From Vitrella brassicaformis CCMP3155 (Eukaryota > Protista > Chromerida), in contig CDMY01000821.1 of the NCBI GenBank assembly GCA_001179505.1, positions 1 through 64,000 of the forward strand: a stretch of 64,000 nucleotides of DNA. The letters are read 5' to 3'. A model generated the notes under the pieces. The model made no database searches. It had not been told where the DNA came from and worked only from the letters and a program-made list of their open reading frames with translations. Position numbers and translations under genes: made by a program. Every line of letters starts with the position of its first letter. The stretch's first letter is position 1. Below are positions 46,864 to 59,125 of this stretch, piece by piece.

Positions 46864-48704
46864 ATGGCGGTGTTTCTCGCCGCCTGGCGGCTGTCTGGCG
46901 TGTTCGCGGCTGCCCGCACCCTCCAGACGGCAGATGCAGTGTTGGTCAGCACTTCTAGTTTCTTTGTCTCGGCGAGAATTCTTCCAAGCTCGCAAACAAT
47001 TTCAGCGCAAAGAGGGCAGCCAGGCACAGCAAAGGATGACAATGTGTGTGGTTGGCCTCTGTGTGTGCAGGGAGGGACCTGTCGAAGAAAAAATCGGTTC
47101 GTTAGGCGGTTTCTGAAGGAGGTCTTTGGGCGCGTGCGCAGCATTGCAGAGGTCACGAGGACCGAAGGATGGCCTCGTTCAGGTACAGAGGATCCACGAA
47201 CCATCACACTGAACATCCATTGGGCCGCTTGCGGGCTTGGTTCAGGCGACCTCGTCGGCCCCCAAATTGCGAGCGAGTGACCACCACAACACATTGCTTC
47301 GTCCTCTGTTCTTCTCCACCCTTATCGTTGCCAATCGTCTGTAGCAGGCTTTCGTCTCTGACCATTCACTCAGCATTAGTTAACTACTGTTGGAGTGATG
47401 GAGAGCAGCACCAGGTTTGAGGTCAACCTGGACCTCGAAGGCGGCGCACTCTCCAGCTCAAGCTCATCCGCGCCCACCTACCCCGCCTCCACGCGAACAA
47501 GAGACCGCTGGTACGTATGGGTGCGGTGGGCAGGGCAGGGCAGGGCAGGGCAGATACGGAGACAAAACAGACAGACAGACAGACAGAGAGGAGGGATGCT
47601 ATTAGGGAATGCAATGGTCTCCATCTGTCTGTCTGTCTGTCTGCTGTGTGCAGGTATGCCGTGACTGTTGAGGACCTTCCCTCGGACAACACGGTGCTTG
47701 TGTCGTGTGCGCCTGTGGTGTGTGTAGGATGAGGACAACTCCGGCCACCGTCAGAAGACCGCCGAGACGCAGTGCCTATTCGACCAGCTGAGGCCGATCC
47801 TGATAGTGCACCTCAAGCGCTATGGCTTCAACAAGCACACGGGCGCAAGCAAAAAGGTACTAGAGATACACACACACACACAGAGGGAGGGAGGGAGGGA
47901 GGGAGGGAGAGAGGGATGCTATACACTTTGTGTTGTGGTGGTTGGTCGGTTGTGCTGTGCTGTGCTGTGCTGTGCAGTTGGAGCACATGTTGGCCTACCC
48001 GGAGAAACTCGTCGTCTCCGAGAAGTGGCTCACCAAGTGAGTGGGATCACGGAGGACACACACACACACACACATGTATACTGGCCTGCATCTGTCTGTC
48101 GCACGCGTCGTGTGTGTGTGTGTGTGTTGTCAGGTCGTTCCTGTCCAAGTACGAGGTGCCGACATACGAGCTGGTCGGCCTCATCGCCCACGACGGGCAG
48201 CGCGTCAACTCGGGCCACTACCGCGCCATGTGCCGCTATGGCCCCAACCACGAGTGGTAAGCACGACACACAACACAACACACATCCGCACCGCACCGCA
48301 CGCCATGCATTCCATGCAACGGACGCGCATCAATGTGTTACTATTGTCTGTGCTGTGTGTTACTATTGTCTGTGCTGTGTGCTGTGTGTCCTGTGTGCTG
48401 TGTGTCGGATGTCAGGTACCAGTTCAACGACACGAGCGTGTCGCCACGCCCGCTGCGCAAGGACCAGGTAGGTACAGATCAGATCAGCCGAACCACACAC
48501 ACCATCCGTCCGACACAGATTCTTCTCTGTCTGTCTGTGTGTCAGTACCTGGGCCAGCGGACGGCGGTGATGCTCTACTACGTCGACACCACGGCCACCG
48601 TCGACATCCGCCCCCACATGGCGCCCCGCGCCCTCCTCAACGAGCAGCCCTCGGCGTCCTCCTCATCCTTCTGGGTGGATTCCTCTCTCTGTCTGTCTGT
48701 CTAG
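46864..48704 (+). CDS. Ubiquitin-specific protease (C19) family protein, C-terminal half only (no Cys box seen); start uncertain
   Basis: FLKEVFGRVRS (finger region), PILIVHLKRYGFN, YELVGLIAHDGQRVNSGHYRAMC (His box), W|YQFNDTSV, AVMLYY; stop 48704. Confidence 0.7.
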
Positions 48705-49284
48705 CTGCCTACCTGCCTGCCTGTCTGTCTGTCTGTCGGTCTGTCTGCCTGTCGCCTGTTCGTGTCTGTGTCTGTCTGTGTGGGTGTGTGCACGTGTGTG
48801 GATGAATGCCTGAATGGATGGATGGCTGCCTGTCTGGGATGATGTTGGGTTTGTGCTTTGTTCTTTCCGTCGTCTTTTCACTGTGCCCATGTTACTCAGT
48901 CCCATGTTAGTCTGTCAGTCTGTCTGTTCGTCTGTCTGTCTGTCTATCTGTCTGCACACGAAGAGCGGTGGGGGGAAAGGGCCGGGGATTCCTTCCTTGT
49001 CGCTCATTGACACACATGCAATGCCATGCCACCACACGCCATGCTCACGATTTTTTTACCCACCTCACTCACACCCACCCACCCGCTAAGCCACACACTC
49101 AACACACACACAGCCCAGAGTTTTGTCCCAAGGAAGGGAACAGACGGAAGGACAGAGAGCGCGTGTCTGCCTGCCTGCCTGCCTGATTACGGACCTATTC
49201 AGCCACTATGGATGAAGGCAATGTGCAGCGGTCACCCTCTGTGTATGTGTATGTGCATCTGTATAATGCCGCCTCATGTTGACC

Positions 49285-49730
49285 TGACACAGTGACCTGC
49301 AGACAGACAGACAGACAGACAGAGGTGTGTGTGTGTGTGTGTACCTGAGTGGCTGGCAGTGAGAGAAGGTCCGGCCAGGTCTTGTCGACGGACTGCCTGC
49401 CAGGCGGCCGCGCCGTACGTACCCACTGCGCCCATACATATGTATTCGTTACGTTTAGATAGTCAGTCAGGCGACTTGACCGCCACATCGATATCAATCA
49501 GTCAAAGGGATTTGGTTTGTCCGCTGACCTGTGCTTCATGGGCGCGAGTGACCGACCGAAACTGACCGACCGACACGCTCTGAGTAGTGTGAGTGATACC
49601 TACCTGTTTGTGTGTGCGCTTGCTGGCACACGTGCTGCTGTCGAGCCGAGGAGGATCAGCAGAGGGGAGGGAAGCTGAAGGTGTGAGTGGGATGGATGGA
49701 TGAATGAACTGACGAGACAGATGGATGGAT
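49285..49730 (-). repeat. Dispersed ~440-bp repeat, copy 2 (inverted relative to 3980-4423)
   Basis: Reverse complement of 3980-4423 with scattered substitutions and 4-nt indels. Confidence 0.92.
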
Positions 49731-50169
49731 GCCTGGATGATTCAATCGATCTCTCGGAGAGATCGATCATGCCATGTCATGTCATGCCATGTTGTCATGT
49801 CATGGATGTGGTAGTAGGGCCGTCGCGATGGGCCGGATCACAATATGTATTCATACACACGCACAGTGTGCAGTGCAGTCCATACGCACATCACATCACA
49901 TCACATTCCTTAATGTGTCCGCACATACGCACGCCAGCCGGAATACCATGCAGGCCGACCATGGATCCTCCATGCCTTCGTTCACCAGCCAGCCAGCCAG
50001 CCAGCCAGAAATGCACACTCTCTCTCAGCCACTCCCTCCAACCACCTCACGAACAAGACCGTCATGCTTGTGCATCCTCTCTCTCCCACGTATGTATCAT
50101 CCCTCCTCGCCATTACTCGTGTCCACGACCGAACGCAATCTCGTAACCTCAATTCATTCATTTCTTCAG

Positions 50170-53100
50170 TCAGTACCCCAGCCTGACATTGAGGTTCGTC
50201 CGTCCGTCCCCCTGCTGCTCGGTCGGCGGCACCCACAGCCCACCTGCACTCTCGTCCTGCGCGTCCACCTGCTCTGGCCGCCCCTCATCGCCATTGCTCG
50301 CCGTCACATCACGAGAAGCCGGCGGCATCGTGGGACCGATGACTCGCTTCTTGGCAGCCGGGCCAGATGATGCACCTGCAGCGGAACCCAACCAGCAAAG
50401 GAATCCTCCCTCCAGTGCAGAATAGAATCAGTGTGCAGGGCCGTGGATGCATACCATACAGTACCTGTCTCCTCTCTGCGTTTGGTGCCTCGCGTGTATA
50501 TCCTCTCGAGGCCGCCCGCAGTGACCTCCACCAGTGGGGTGCGGTCTGCCTTGGCCGTCTCGGGCAAAAGCTGCGGACCGAACTCCTCGTCTGCCATCGA
50601 CTCATCTGTAGGCGGGGGCTGCTTCAGCTCCTCTTTTGCAACGGCAGGCTCTTTCGGGATCGCTGCTGATGGTGGTGCCTTGGGCTTGGCTGGTTGGGGC
50701 TTCGGTGGCGCAGCTGACGGGGTGGGCACGGCGGTGTCCACGGCACCACTCTTGTCTGGCTCCTTTTTGTCGGCCGCCAGGTGTTCCTGCCCGCGCCTTG
50801 CGATGCGCAGGAGTCGCTCTGCGTCCTTGAGCTCACTGCTCGTGGACCGCAGCTTTGCCTCGGCTTCTTGTCTGAATGGATGGATGCATGGCCGGCAGGT
50901 ATGAGAACCAGTGAGATGGAGGGACAATCGTGCAATGGCTGTGTTTGGTGTGTGTGGTTTACTTACCTTTTTTGTTTGGCGAGCAGGGCCCTGTTCTTGG
51001 CCATGAACGCCTCGAGAGGGTCCAGACCTTGCTCAGTCTGCATACCATGCCATGCAGGACAGATGACGCATGCACACACACACACACACATCCGTCCATC
51101 CATGCATGCCATGCGGGGGTGATAGCATGTGACATGACAGGTGTGTGCCGTGCCGTGCCAGGCAGCTGAGCTCACCGCCCTCTGCTCCTCGGCCTTGTAC
51201 TGCGCCACCTCCTCTTGAAGCTTCGACTGGGCGCTCGTCAGAGATGCCACCTCCTCGGCCAAACTGACCAGAGCAGAGCCACAGACAGACAGACAGACAG
51301 ACAAGAAACAGAGAGAACCAGTTAGTTAGTTCTTCGGCTGCTACGGAGCGGGGCGGGGTCCCTCTCATTTTACTTACGTTTGTTCGGTCTTTACAGCGGG
51401 TTTCCCTGCGCCCTCTGCTTTTTTGGCCTGTCGGGTGCCCGACTCCTTTCTGCACAAAAGCGCAGTGCAAGATAGATAGCCTATTAACATATGTTCATCC
51501 ATGGCCATGAGTGGTCGTTGTGTGGTGTGGTGTGGTGTTGTGTGCGTACTTGGCCTGCTGTGTCCTGTCGAAGAACTCGTCATCGTCATCCTCCAGGGCC
51601 GTGTCAAAGTGATCCAACACCTACATGTCATGGGCGTGTGTGTATTCCATCCACACCAGACAGACAGACAGATGGACAGATGGACAGTGATGGGATGGGG
51701 CAGGGCAAGTGTCTGGGTGGTGTGTGTGGCCGACTGGCTGGGCTGACCCGCTTGCTGACGCTGCGTCCGCCACCGGTGGTCAAGCCTGCAAACGTCCACA
51801 CAGACGGACAGACCGACAGCACCATACACACAGTACACTTGGAAGTGTGCACGGCGCGTGTGTGTGAGTTAACTACCCACCCAGCGCCTGTTTGAGCGAT
51901 TCTTGTGCAAGAGCCACCTCCGACTCGAGCTCCTCCAGCCGACGGGATATGACAGATAGACGGTGGGTCTGACAAACAAACGGCCACCCAGCCACCCAGC
52001 CACCCATCACACAAAGGTGTTTGTTTGTTTGTGCAGAAATGGTGTGCTTGTGTAGTGTAGTGTACCTTACCTGGCCGTCTGTGAGTGTGTCGTCCTTGCT
52101 CTCGATCTTCTCCCTCTCGGTCCGCATCTGGTCCATCTTGCGCAGCCTCTCCTCTATCTGAATGAATGAGCCACAGCCAGCCAATACAATGTGCATATGC
52201 ATTGACACACATATCCCCCCCACGCATTATCGCATGATCTGATCCNNNNNNNNNNNNNNNNNNNNNNNNNNNNNNNNNNNNNNNNNNNNNNNNNNNNNNN
52301 NNNNNNNNNNNNNNNNNNNNNNNNNNNNNNNNNNNNNNNNNNNNNNNNNNNNNNNNNNNNNNNNNNNNNNNNNNNNNNNNNNNNNNNNNNNNNNNNNNNN
52401 NNNNNNNNNNNNNNNNNNNNNNNNNNNNNNNNNNNNNNNNNNNNNNNNNNNNNNNNNNNNNNNNNNNNNNNNNNNNNNNNNNNNNNNNNNNNNNNNNNNN
52501 NNNNNNNNNNNNNNNNNNNNNNNNNNNNNNNNNNNNNNNNNNNNNCCCCCCCCCCCCCCCCCCCCCCCACATTATTTACCTTGCCGACAGCAGCGAGTTG
52601 CTTGGCGGTGAGGTCCTTCTTCTCCTTGACGCGCTCCAGGTCCAAGAAGCCTACATGCCATGCACACACAGAACAAACAGACAAGCATGACATACATACC
52701 TACATTGCAACACACATCGAAGGATACGCCCATTTGACTGTCGCCTGCCCACCTGTGACCGGGTGGATAAGTTCGTGCTGTTGTTCGTGTTGTTCGTCCC
52801 TCAGTGCGTCCTCGGCGTCCATCGCCAGACCCCAGGACGCATCAGCAGCAGGGGCGGGGGCCGCTGCCGGGGCTGCAGGACTGCAATATATACACAAAGG
52901 ACACGTCATGGAGATGATGTCATAAATGCAGTGTGCCTCGTTATCCTTCCTTGATCTGATCTGACCTCGGTTGGGCTTTTGCTGCTTTTAAGGCCTCCAT
53001 CTCCTGCACAGCACACCAAAAGGGACAGAGGGTGCGCAGCGCACCAAAGCAAAGCAAAGCATGCACTCACCGGTAAAATTAGGAAGCACACACGTGCCGC

Positions 53101-54101
53101 ACACACATGGAGGATATATGGGATGGATACCATCCATACCTTCTTCCTGGCCTGCTTGCACGCCTGAATGTTCAGCTCTTTGGGCATCAGACCCTCAGGG
53201 CCGTTAACCAGAAACACACGAGTGGCCTGACCTGCCGACACACACACACACACACAAACAAGCAAACAACACCGGAAGGAACAACATGCACACTCACCCA
53301 GACGCACACGAAAGCAAAGCAAAGCATGCCATGCTTTATAGATAGATACCAAATTGCAGCTGGTCGCCCACACAGAACTCGACAAACTTCTTGGGCTCGA
53401 GGGCGTGGCCTGATGGATGGATGGAGGGATGGATGGATGGATGTATCGGCACCACAAACAAAGGCAGGTGCGGTGCTGCTGCACTCACTGCATGCTCTCA
53501 TTTGTGTGTCTGTCTGTTTAAATAGATATCGGCGCACCGTTGCGCTTTGTCCCGTGGACGCTTTCGTTGTCGTAGAGGTACATCTTGCCTGCAACCACTC
53601 ACACACAGCCACCCATGCCAGGGACGTAGGTCGACAGATGGATGGCGAGATGGATGGTGATGGTGACTCTGTGTGTCTGTTGTACCTTTGTCACTGAACT
53701 GAATGACGGCATGCGCCCGAGAGACTGACGGATGGTCGACAAGAATGTCAGCAGTGATCGGATTGCGACCTGAGTACACACACACACACGCAGGCACACA
53801 CGCACACGACGTGCGTCGGCTGGCCGAGTGCGGCTGCACATGTGTGTGTGATCGGATTGTTCGCTGACCGATAAGGAAGTATGGTTTGTCTTTGAGGTCG
53901 ATTCGTCCGAGCAGCGCGCCCTGCCGCAGCACCTCCAGATAGATCTCCGCCTGCGGAACACCGGACCTGACCCACCATAGCCACAGCACACACGCGGTTC
54001 GGTGTCAGCACGCCGCACGGTTTGCTTGATCTGTGTGTGATTTGTTACCAGTATGGCGGTGTGTAGTCGATGGTACCGTCCTTTGGCTTAGATCCTTCCA
54101 T
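50170..54101 (-). CDS. Kanadaptin (SLC4A1AP)-like FHA-domain nuclear protein
   Basis: YTPPYW|SGVPQAEIYLEVLRQG; YFLIG|RNPITADILVDHPSVSRAHAVIQF; LYDNESVHGT (FHA); EDDDDEFFDRT; DPLEAFMA; C-terminal WVPPTEQQGDGRTNLNVRLGY*, the family-typical ending. Confidence 0.9.
52246..52545. other. Assembly gap (300 N) within a kanadaptin intron
   Basis: Run of N next to poly-C. Confidence 1.
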
Positions 54102-54189
54102 ACCTTCCTTGTCGTTTCGCTGCGGCTTTGGATCTGCGAGCTCAGCTTTTTTTTTTTCCCGAGAGCCAAGAGAGGGGGAAAGAAACACA

Positions 54190-54309
54190 ATGGAGGACCA
54201 CGCATCATCAGATACAGCGAGCGCCCCATCTGCAGCCACACAAGAGAACGTGCAACCGCAACCACCAGCAGGACCAACCGAGCAAGTCAAGGAGCAGCAA
54301 GAGGAAGGG

Positions 54310-54342
<33 letters not shown>

Positions 54343-56434
54343 GTCTTGGAGCCGCCGGCAGAGCAAGAACATTCGCCCAGCGAGAAGGAGCCGGAGGTGA
54401 CCACCCCGCCAAGGCCGTCTGTGGCAGATCCCGGCCCGTCGCTCGCTGAGGTCGGGCTGAAGGTCGGCTCATGGTTCGGCGGGCGGCTCAAGAACACGGC
54501 AAACTTCCTGCAGAGCAGAGGCAAAGAGATGATTGAGGTCAGACAGATCCAAGCACATGCCGGCCGCCAGACCAGTGCTCTCACGTGTTGTGTGTGTCGG
54601 ATTCTGTCAGACGGTGACCCCCGAGATCAAGGAGTTTGCCCAGCAGTTACAGAGCGACACCTCTCAGTTTGTGGCCAAGCAGAAGGAGCGGCTGATGCAC
54701 GTTGCGGCGCAATTTGATGAGGCTTTTGAGAGTCAGGGTGAGGGCCAGGAAGCCAGCCCCGCCAAGCAGGCTGCCGCCGACAGGGCGAGAAAGGCCACCG
54801 GCAGCAGCACCAAGCAAGAGGGGGAGGAGGAGGCACAGAGGGAGACGGATGGTGACCCGCAGCCGCCCGCCGGCAAACCGACCAGGAAGCTGCCCAAAGC
54901 ATATGAGAAAAAGTGGGGGACTGAGAGACAGACAACACAACACAACACAACACAACACAACACAGCACATGTGTGGGCTGGGCTCATCTGATCTGCATGT
55001 GATGTGTGTATCCATCATGGTTGTGGGTGTGTTGGTTCATGTGATGTGATGTGCTCAGTTTCAGCGCGCGTTTCATCTCCAAGTTGGAGGCTCTTCGTGA
55101 GGACGAGTCGACCTTCACGACGGACCCCCCCGAGCCGCCACACGACACCCCCCACCGCACCGGCACCTTCCAAGACTACCCCGTCGACCAATACGAGGTG
55201 GGTGAGGTAGTCCACACAGAGGGCGCACACGGACGCACGAGCGGATCGATCGGCCATTTGCGTCCGATGTGTTGTGTGAGTGAGTAGGTGTTAGAGTGGT
55301 GCCACGATGAGACGATTGCGACGCTCAAGGAGCGGCTAGGTGAGTGGGTGGGAATGATTAGCGCAGAATTAAGAAAAACACATACACCCAAGGTTACTTA
55401 CGTTGGGCCCTCCCTATGTGTGTGTGGATGCAATGCATCCCATCCATGCCCTCCCTCTGTCTGCAGTCCCATCACGTGTCGATGAGGAGCTCTTCTGGAA
55501 GAGGTGTCAAGGAAGGGAGATAGATAGACAGACTTCGGGCAAGGCAGGGTACCGTGCCATCGTTGGATGCATCTTTTGCGTTTGTCAGGTTTCTGTATCG
55601 GATCTACCTGCTCAAGTGTGAGGAGGCGCACCTCGCCGACCTCGTGCAGCGTAAGTGAGGGAGGCCCCACACCCACCACTCACACACGCAGGCAGGCTGT
55701 GCGAATGATCTCAGGCTGAGATCATTTGTCTGTTCTTCTCCCTCACAACGTGTCGTATGCGTTGTGTCTGTCTGTCTGTCCACAGGCGTCAAGAACACCG
55801 AGACGGGCGACGAAGAGGAGGTACTGTGACGTAACAAACGACGCCACACATGCTGCCTACCCTAATGCGGGCCTTGAACCAATCTTTGTTTGTGTGTCCC
55901 ACCCAGGAGTTCTCATGGGACGACGTGGACTCTCCCCGAGGCCACCCGGACAAGCACACACACGAGCACCCGTCGTCCGGCGGTGAAGCAGAGGGGCAAC
56001 ACGAGGAGGGCACCGAGCAGCCGTCCGTGAAGCAACCTCCCACTCCCATCCGGCTGACACCCGAGAGGCTCTCCCAGGGCGACAACACCCAAGACCAAGA
56101 GGAAGGTACACGAACGTGCATCGCATCCATCATCCCTAATGCGTGAATGAATGCGTTGATGGCTTGCATTGCAGCGGCTTGCGAGGTGGTGGACTCGCCT
56201 GTGGGTGTGCCGGGTGCGAGTCCTGATGGGCCCGCCAGCTCCGGCGCCTCTGACGACTTCGCCATCGTGCAGCCTGTCGAACAACACAAGGTAGGTGAGA
56301 GGGAGAGAGTGTGACGTGACCACACAGAGACGTGCACGCCTCCATTCATGTGCCGTGTGTGTGTGGTTGTGTGGTTGTGTGTGGTTGATGCGATGCAGGA
56401 GGAGGACAATGGCGAGTGGGTGTCGTGGGACTGA
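54190..56434 (+). CDS. BSD-domain-containing protein
   Basis: Poly-Q N-terminus; GSWFGG; LREDESTFTTDP; TLKERL|VPSRVDEELFWKR|FLYRIYLL (BSD FW motif); EFSWDD; DDFAIV; C-terminal EEDNGEWVSWD*. Confidence 0.85.
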
Positions 56435-56581
56435 CTGACTGACTCGTAGTTTTCGACATGTGTGGATCGTTTGGTTGCGGAACGAACGGACAGATCAGAT
56501 CTGCCTCCCTCTTTTTTGTACAGTCGGTCGATATATACGATGGGATGGCTGGCTGGCTGGCTGGCTGAGGCAGCGCGAAAC

Positions 56582-59091
56582 ATGCGCTGTCCACAGCTGC
56601 AGGGGCGGGAGGGACACAGACAATCGTTCGATCTATCTCGAAGACCAGAATCCATTTCTAGCCCCAGTGCATTCGTTGTAAACAGACTTTCATTCACGAA
56701 CGTCATGAATGCGACGACGCCGTCAGAGCGTGTTGCCAACGTGTTCAATGAGCTCAACAGGCGGCTCCTGGCATCACCACCGGCCAGCGGTGAGTCGGCT
56801 CTCCCATCGCAGGCCAGTGTGACTGTCACCATCGGTGCCGGCACACGAGGTGCGGAGCGCATAGAAGCAAGCAGCCTCTCACACGAATGCACATGTGCCC
56901 AGAACAGTCGAAAGACAAGAGGGATGTCGTCTGTGTGTGTTGTCAGGCCAGCCTCTCGTCTACCGATTGACCAGCCTTGACGAAGGGTTTGTGCAGCAAG
57001 ACAGCGGCAGCAGGAGTGGACGGGCGTCCCACAACAACACCAGTGATTCGTCGTCTGTCGTGGTACTTACGTGCTTCTGTGTCAAAGAGGCATACATGGG
57101 AGCTCTCACACACGCGTTGATGTGTGTGCATGTATCCTATGATTCAGGTGCATTACTCATCGGTTGATTCGTTTGTGGATGTGACGTGTGGGCGGACGCC
57201 CTTCACGAGGGCTCTGGCTGAGAGGAGGGTCACTGTCAGGGGCGGCAGCCCACGGATGTACCGGTAAGCCAGCCAGCCAGCCAGCCAGTCAGCCAGCCAG
57301 CCAGCCAGCGAGTCAGCAAGGGCTCTGATGCGATGCACATGTGGTATGTATGTTCGATGGTGGTCGTTATATCTACCAGTGTGATGGCATCTCTGTTCAA
57401 GCGCGAGTCGCTCCCGTCTGCTTTGTCGAGCCCCGACGTCACGCGAACAGCTGGTGGGCGGGGCGTGCCTGCATCCCTCCATCCATCAATCAATCATTAA
57501 TGCCATGAACTCTGTTTGTCTGTGTGTATGGATGGTATGTATGTGTTCATTTATGTGCAGGTGGGAGCGGATATCCGCTGCTGCCCCGGTCGGCGAGCAA
57601 CCTGACGCTGCCCCAGCAGCCACAGTGGATGCCTGTACGTGGCAATCAATCGCAACACTCGCTACTCACACGAACGTGTGGATGTGTCTGTCTGTCTGTC
57701 TGTCTGTTTGCGTATGAGTGCAGAACGACGCCAGCCGTGTGTGTCTTGGCTGCAGCAAGCCCTTCAGAGCCATTGGGAGGCGGCGGCACCACTGCAGGTA
57801 AGGTACTCTACTCCCTCCCTCCCTCCCGCCCCCACACGCCTTACATACAGGTCGTGCGGAGGTCTGTTTTGCCACCGGTGTTCCCCTCTGCGGCCCTCGC
57901 CCCTGCCGTCGTTGCCCAAACAACGGGTGGGTCGGTGGGCGCAGTACACACCACACCCCCCACGCAGTGGGCCTTGATTGATACATGCATGATACGCCAT
58001 GCATGTCCCTGCCTGCAGGTGTGTCATTCGTGCTTCGCGGCGAGGAACACACACTCGCTGGGATCAGCCTCGACGGTAATAAGTAAAGGAATGCAGTGAA
58101 TGCCGTGTGCATCAGACAACACATGGGTGTATGAGCCGCGCACGTACGTGTGTGTGTGTGTGTGTGAGTGTGTGAGTGGAGTGCAGACGGACGCGAGCGG
58201 CGCCTCCTTGACGATGATTCAGGCGTCCGATGACAGCCACACATCTGCAGACGTCGACGGACTCAGGGAAAGGTGAGATCGGATTCCGCACACACCACAC
58301 ACACGACGAGGCAGGCAGGCAGGCCTGATGACCCACCCACCTGTGTGTGCTTGTGTCAGGCTTTATGCGTTGGAAACTTCGCTGGTGGATCGGGACGTCG
58401 ACTCGCTGATGAGAACGGCCACAATCACGCAATACGCACTGGCAGGGGCCATGCTGGTACGTACGAAGGGATGCATTAGCTGATCTGTCCTCACGAGTGC
58501 ACACACGCGCATCGCATCGCATCGCATCGCTTCCCCTGTCTGTGTGGTGTGCATCCCTCCCCCAAAACAGCTCGTGTTGACGGCCATGATCTCGTTTTGT
58601 GTGTCGAGTGTGTGGGTCCGGGTGGCGTGCACGACACTCGTGGGCGGCGGCCTGGCCGTCCTGTGCGCCAACCGCCAAGGCATGATCAACAGACGGGTGG
58701 GTGACGAGATGCTCACTTATATGATGGATGGGTGTGGCAGAACGTGTCTGTGTGAGAGTGGGTGTATTTGTGTGTGCGTTCGCTCAGGTTCACGTGTTTG
58801 TGGTTGCGTCGTTCGTGTACGTGTCGCTCAAGGCGGCCCAGCTGCAGACACGCAGGAAGCACATGAGCCAAGACGAAGAGGACCGGGTGGGTGAGCGGCA
58901 CGGTCTGTTTGAGTTCTGTTTATCTGTCATCGATTCATTCATGTGTGTCTGTCTGTCTGGACCAGTTGTGGGACCATAGGTATCGCGTCACGAGCAGATA
59001 TCTGTTTCTGCACATCAAGGCACTCAGAGGTAGGCGGGGCGGCCATGCGTCCCTGCAGACAGACAGACAGACAGACACATGTTCCCCTATG

Positions 59092-59125
<34 letters not shown>

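Noticed and set aside
55789-56892. 367-aa minus-strand ORF
   Set aside because: Runs antisense across BSD exons, introns and the next gene's start; contains microsatellite-derived runs and no domain.
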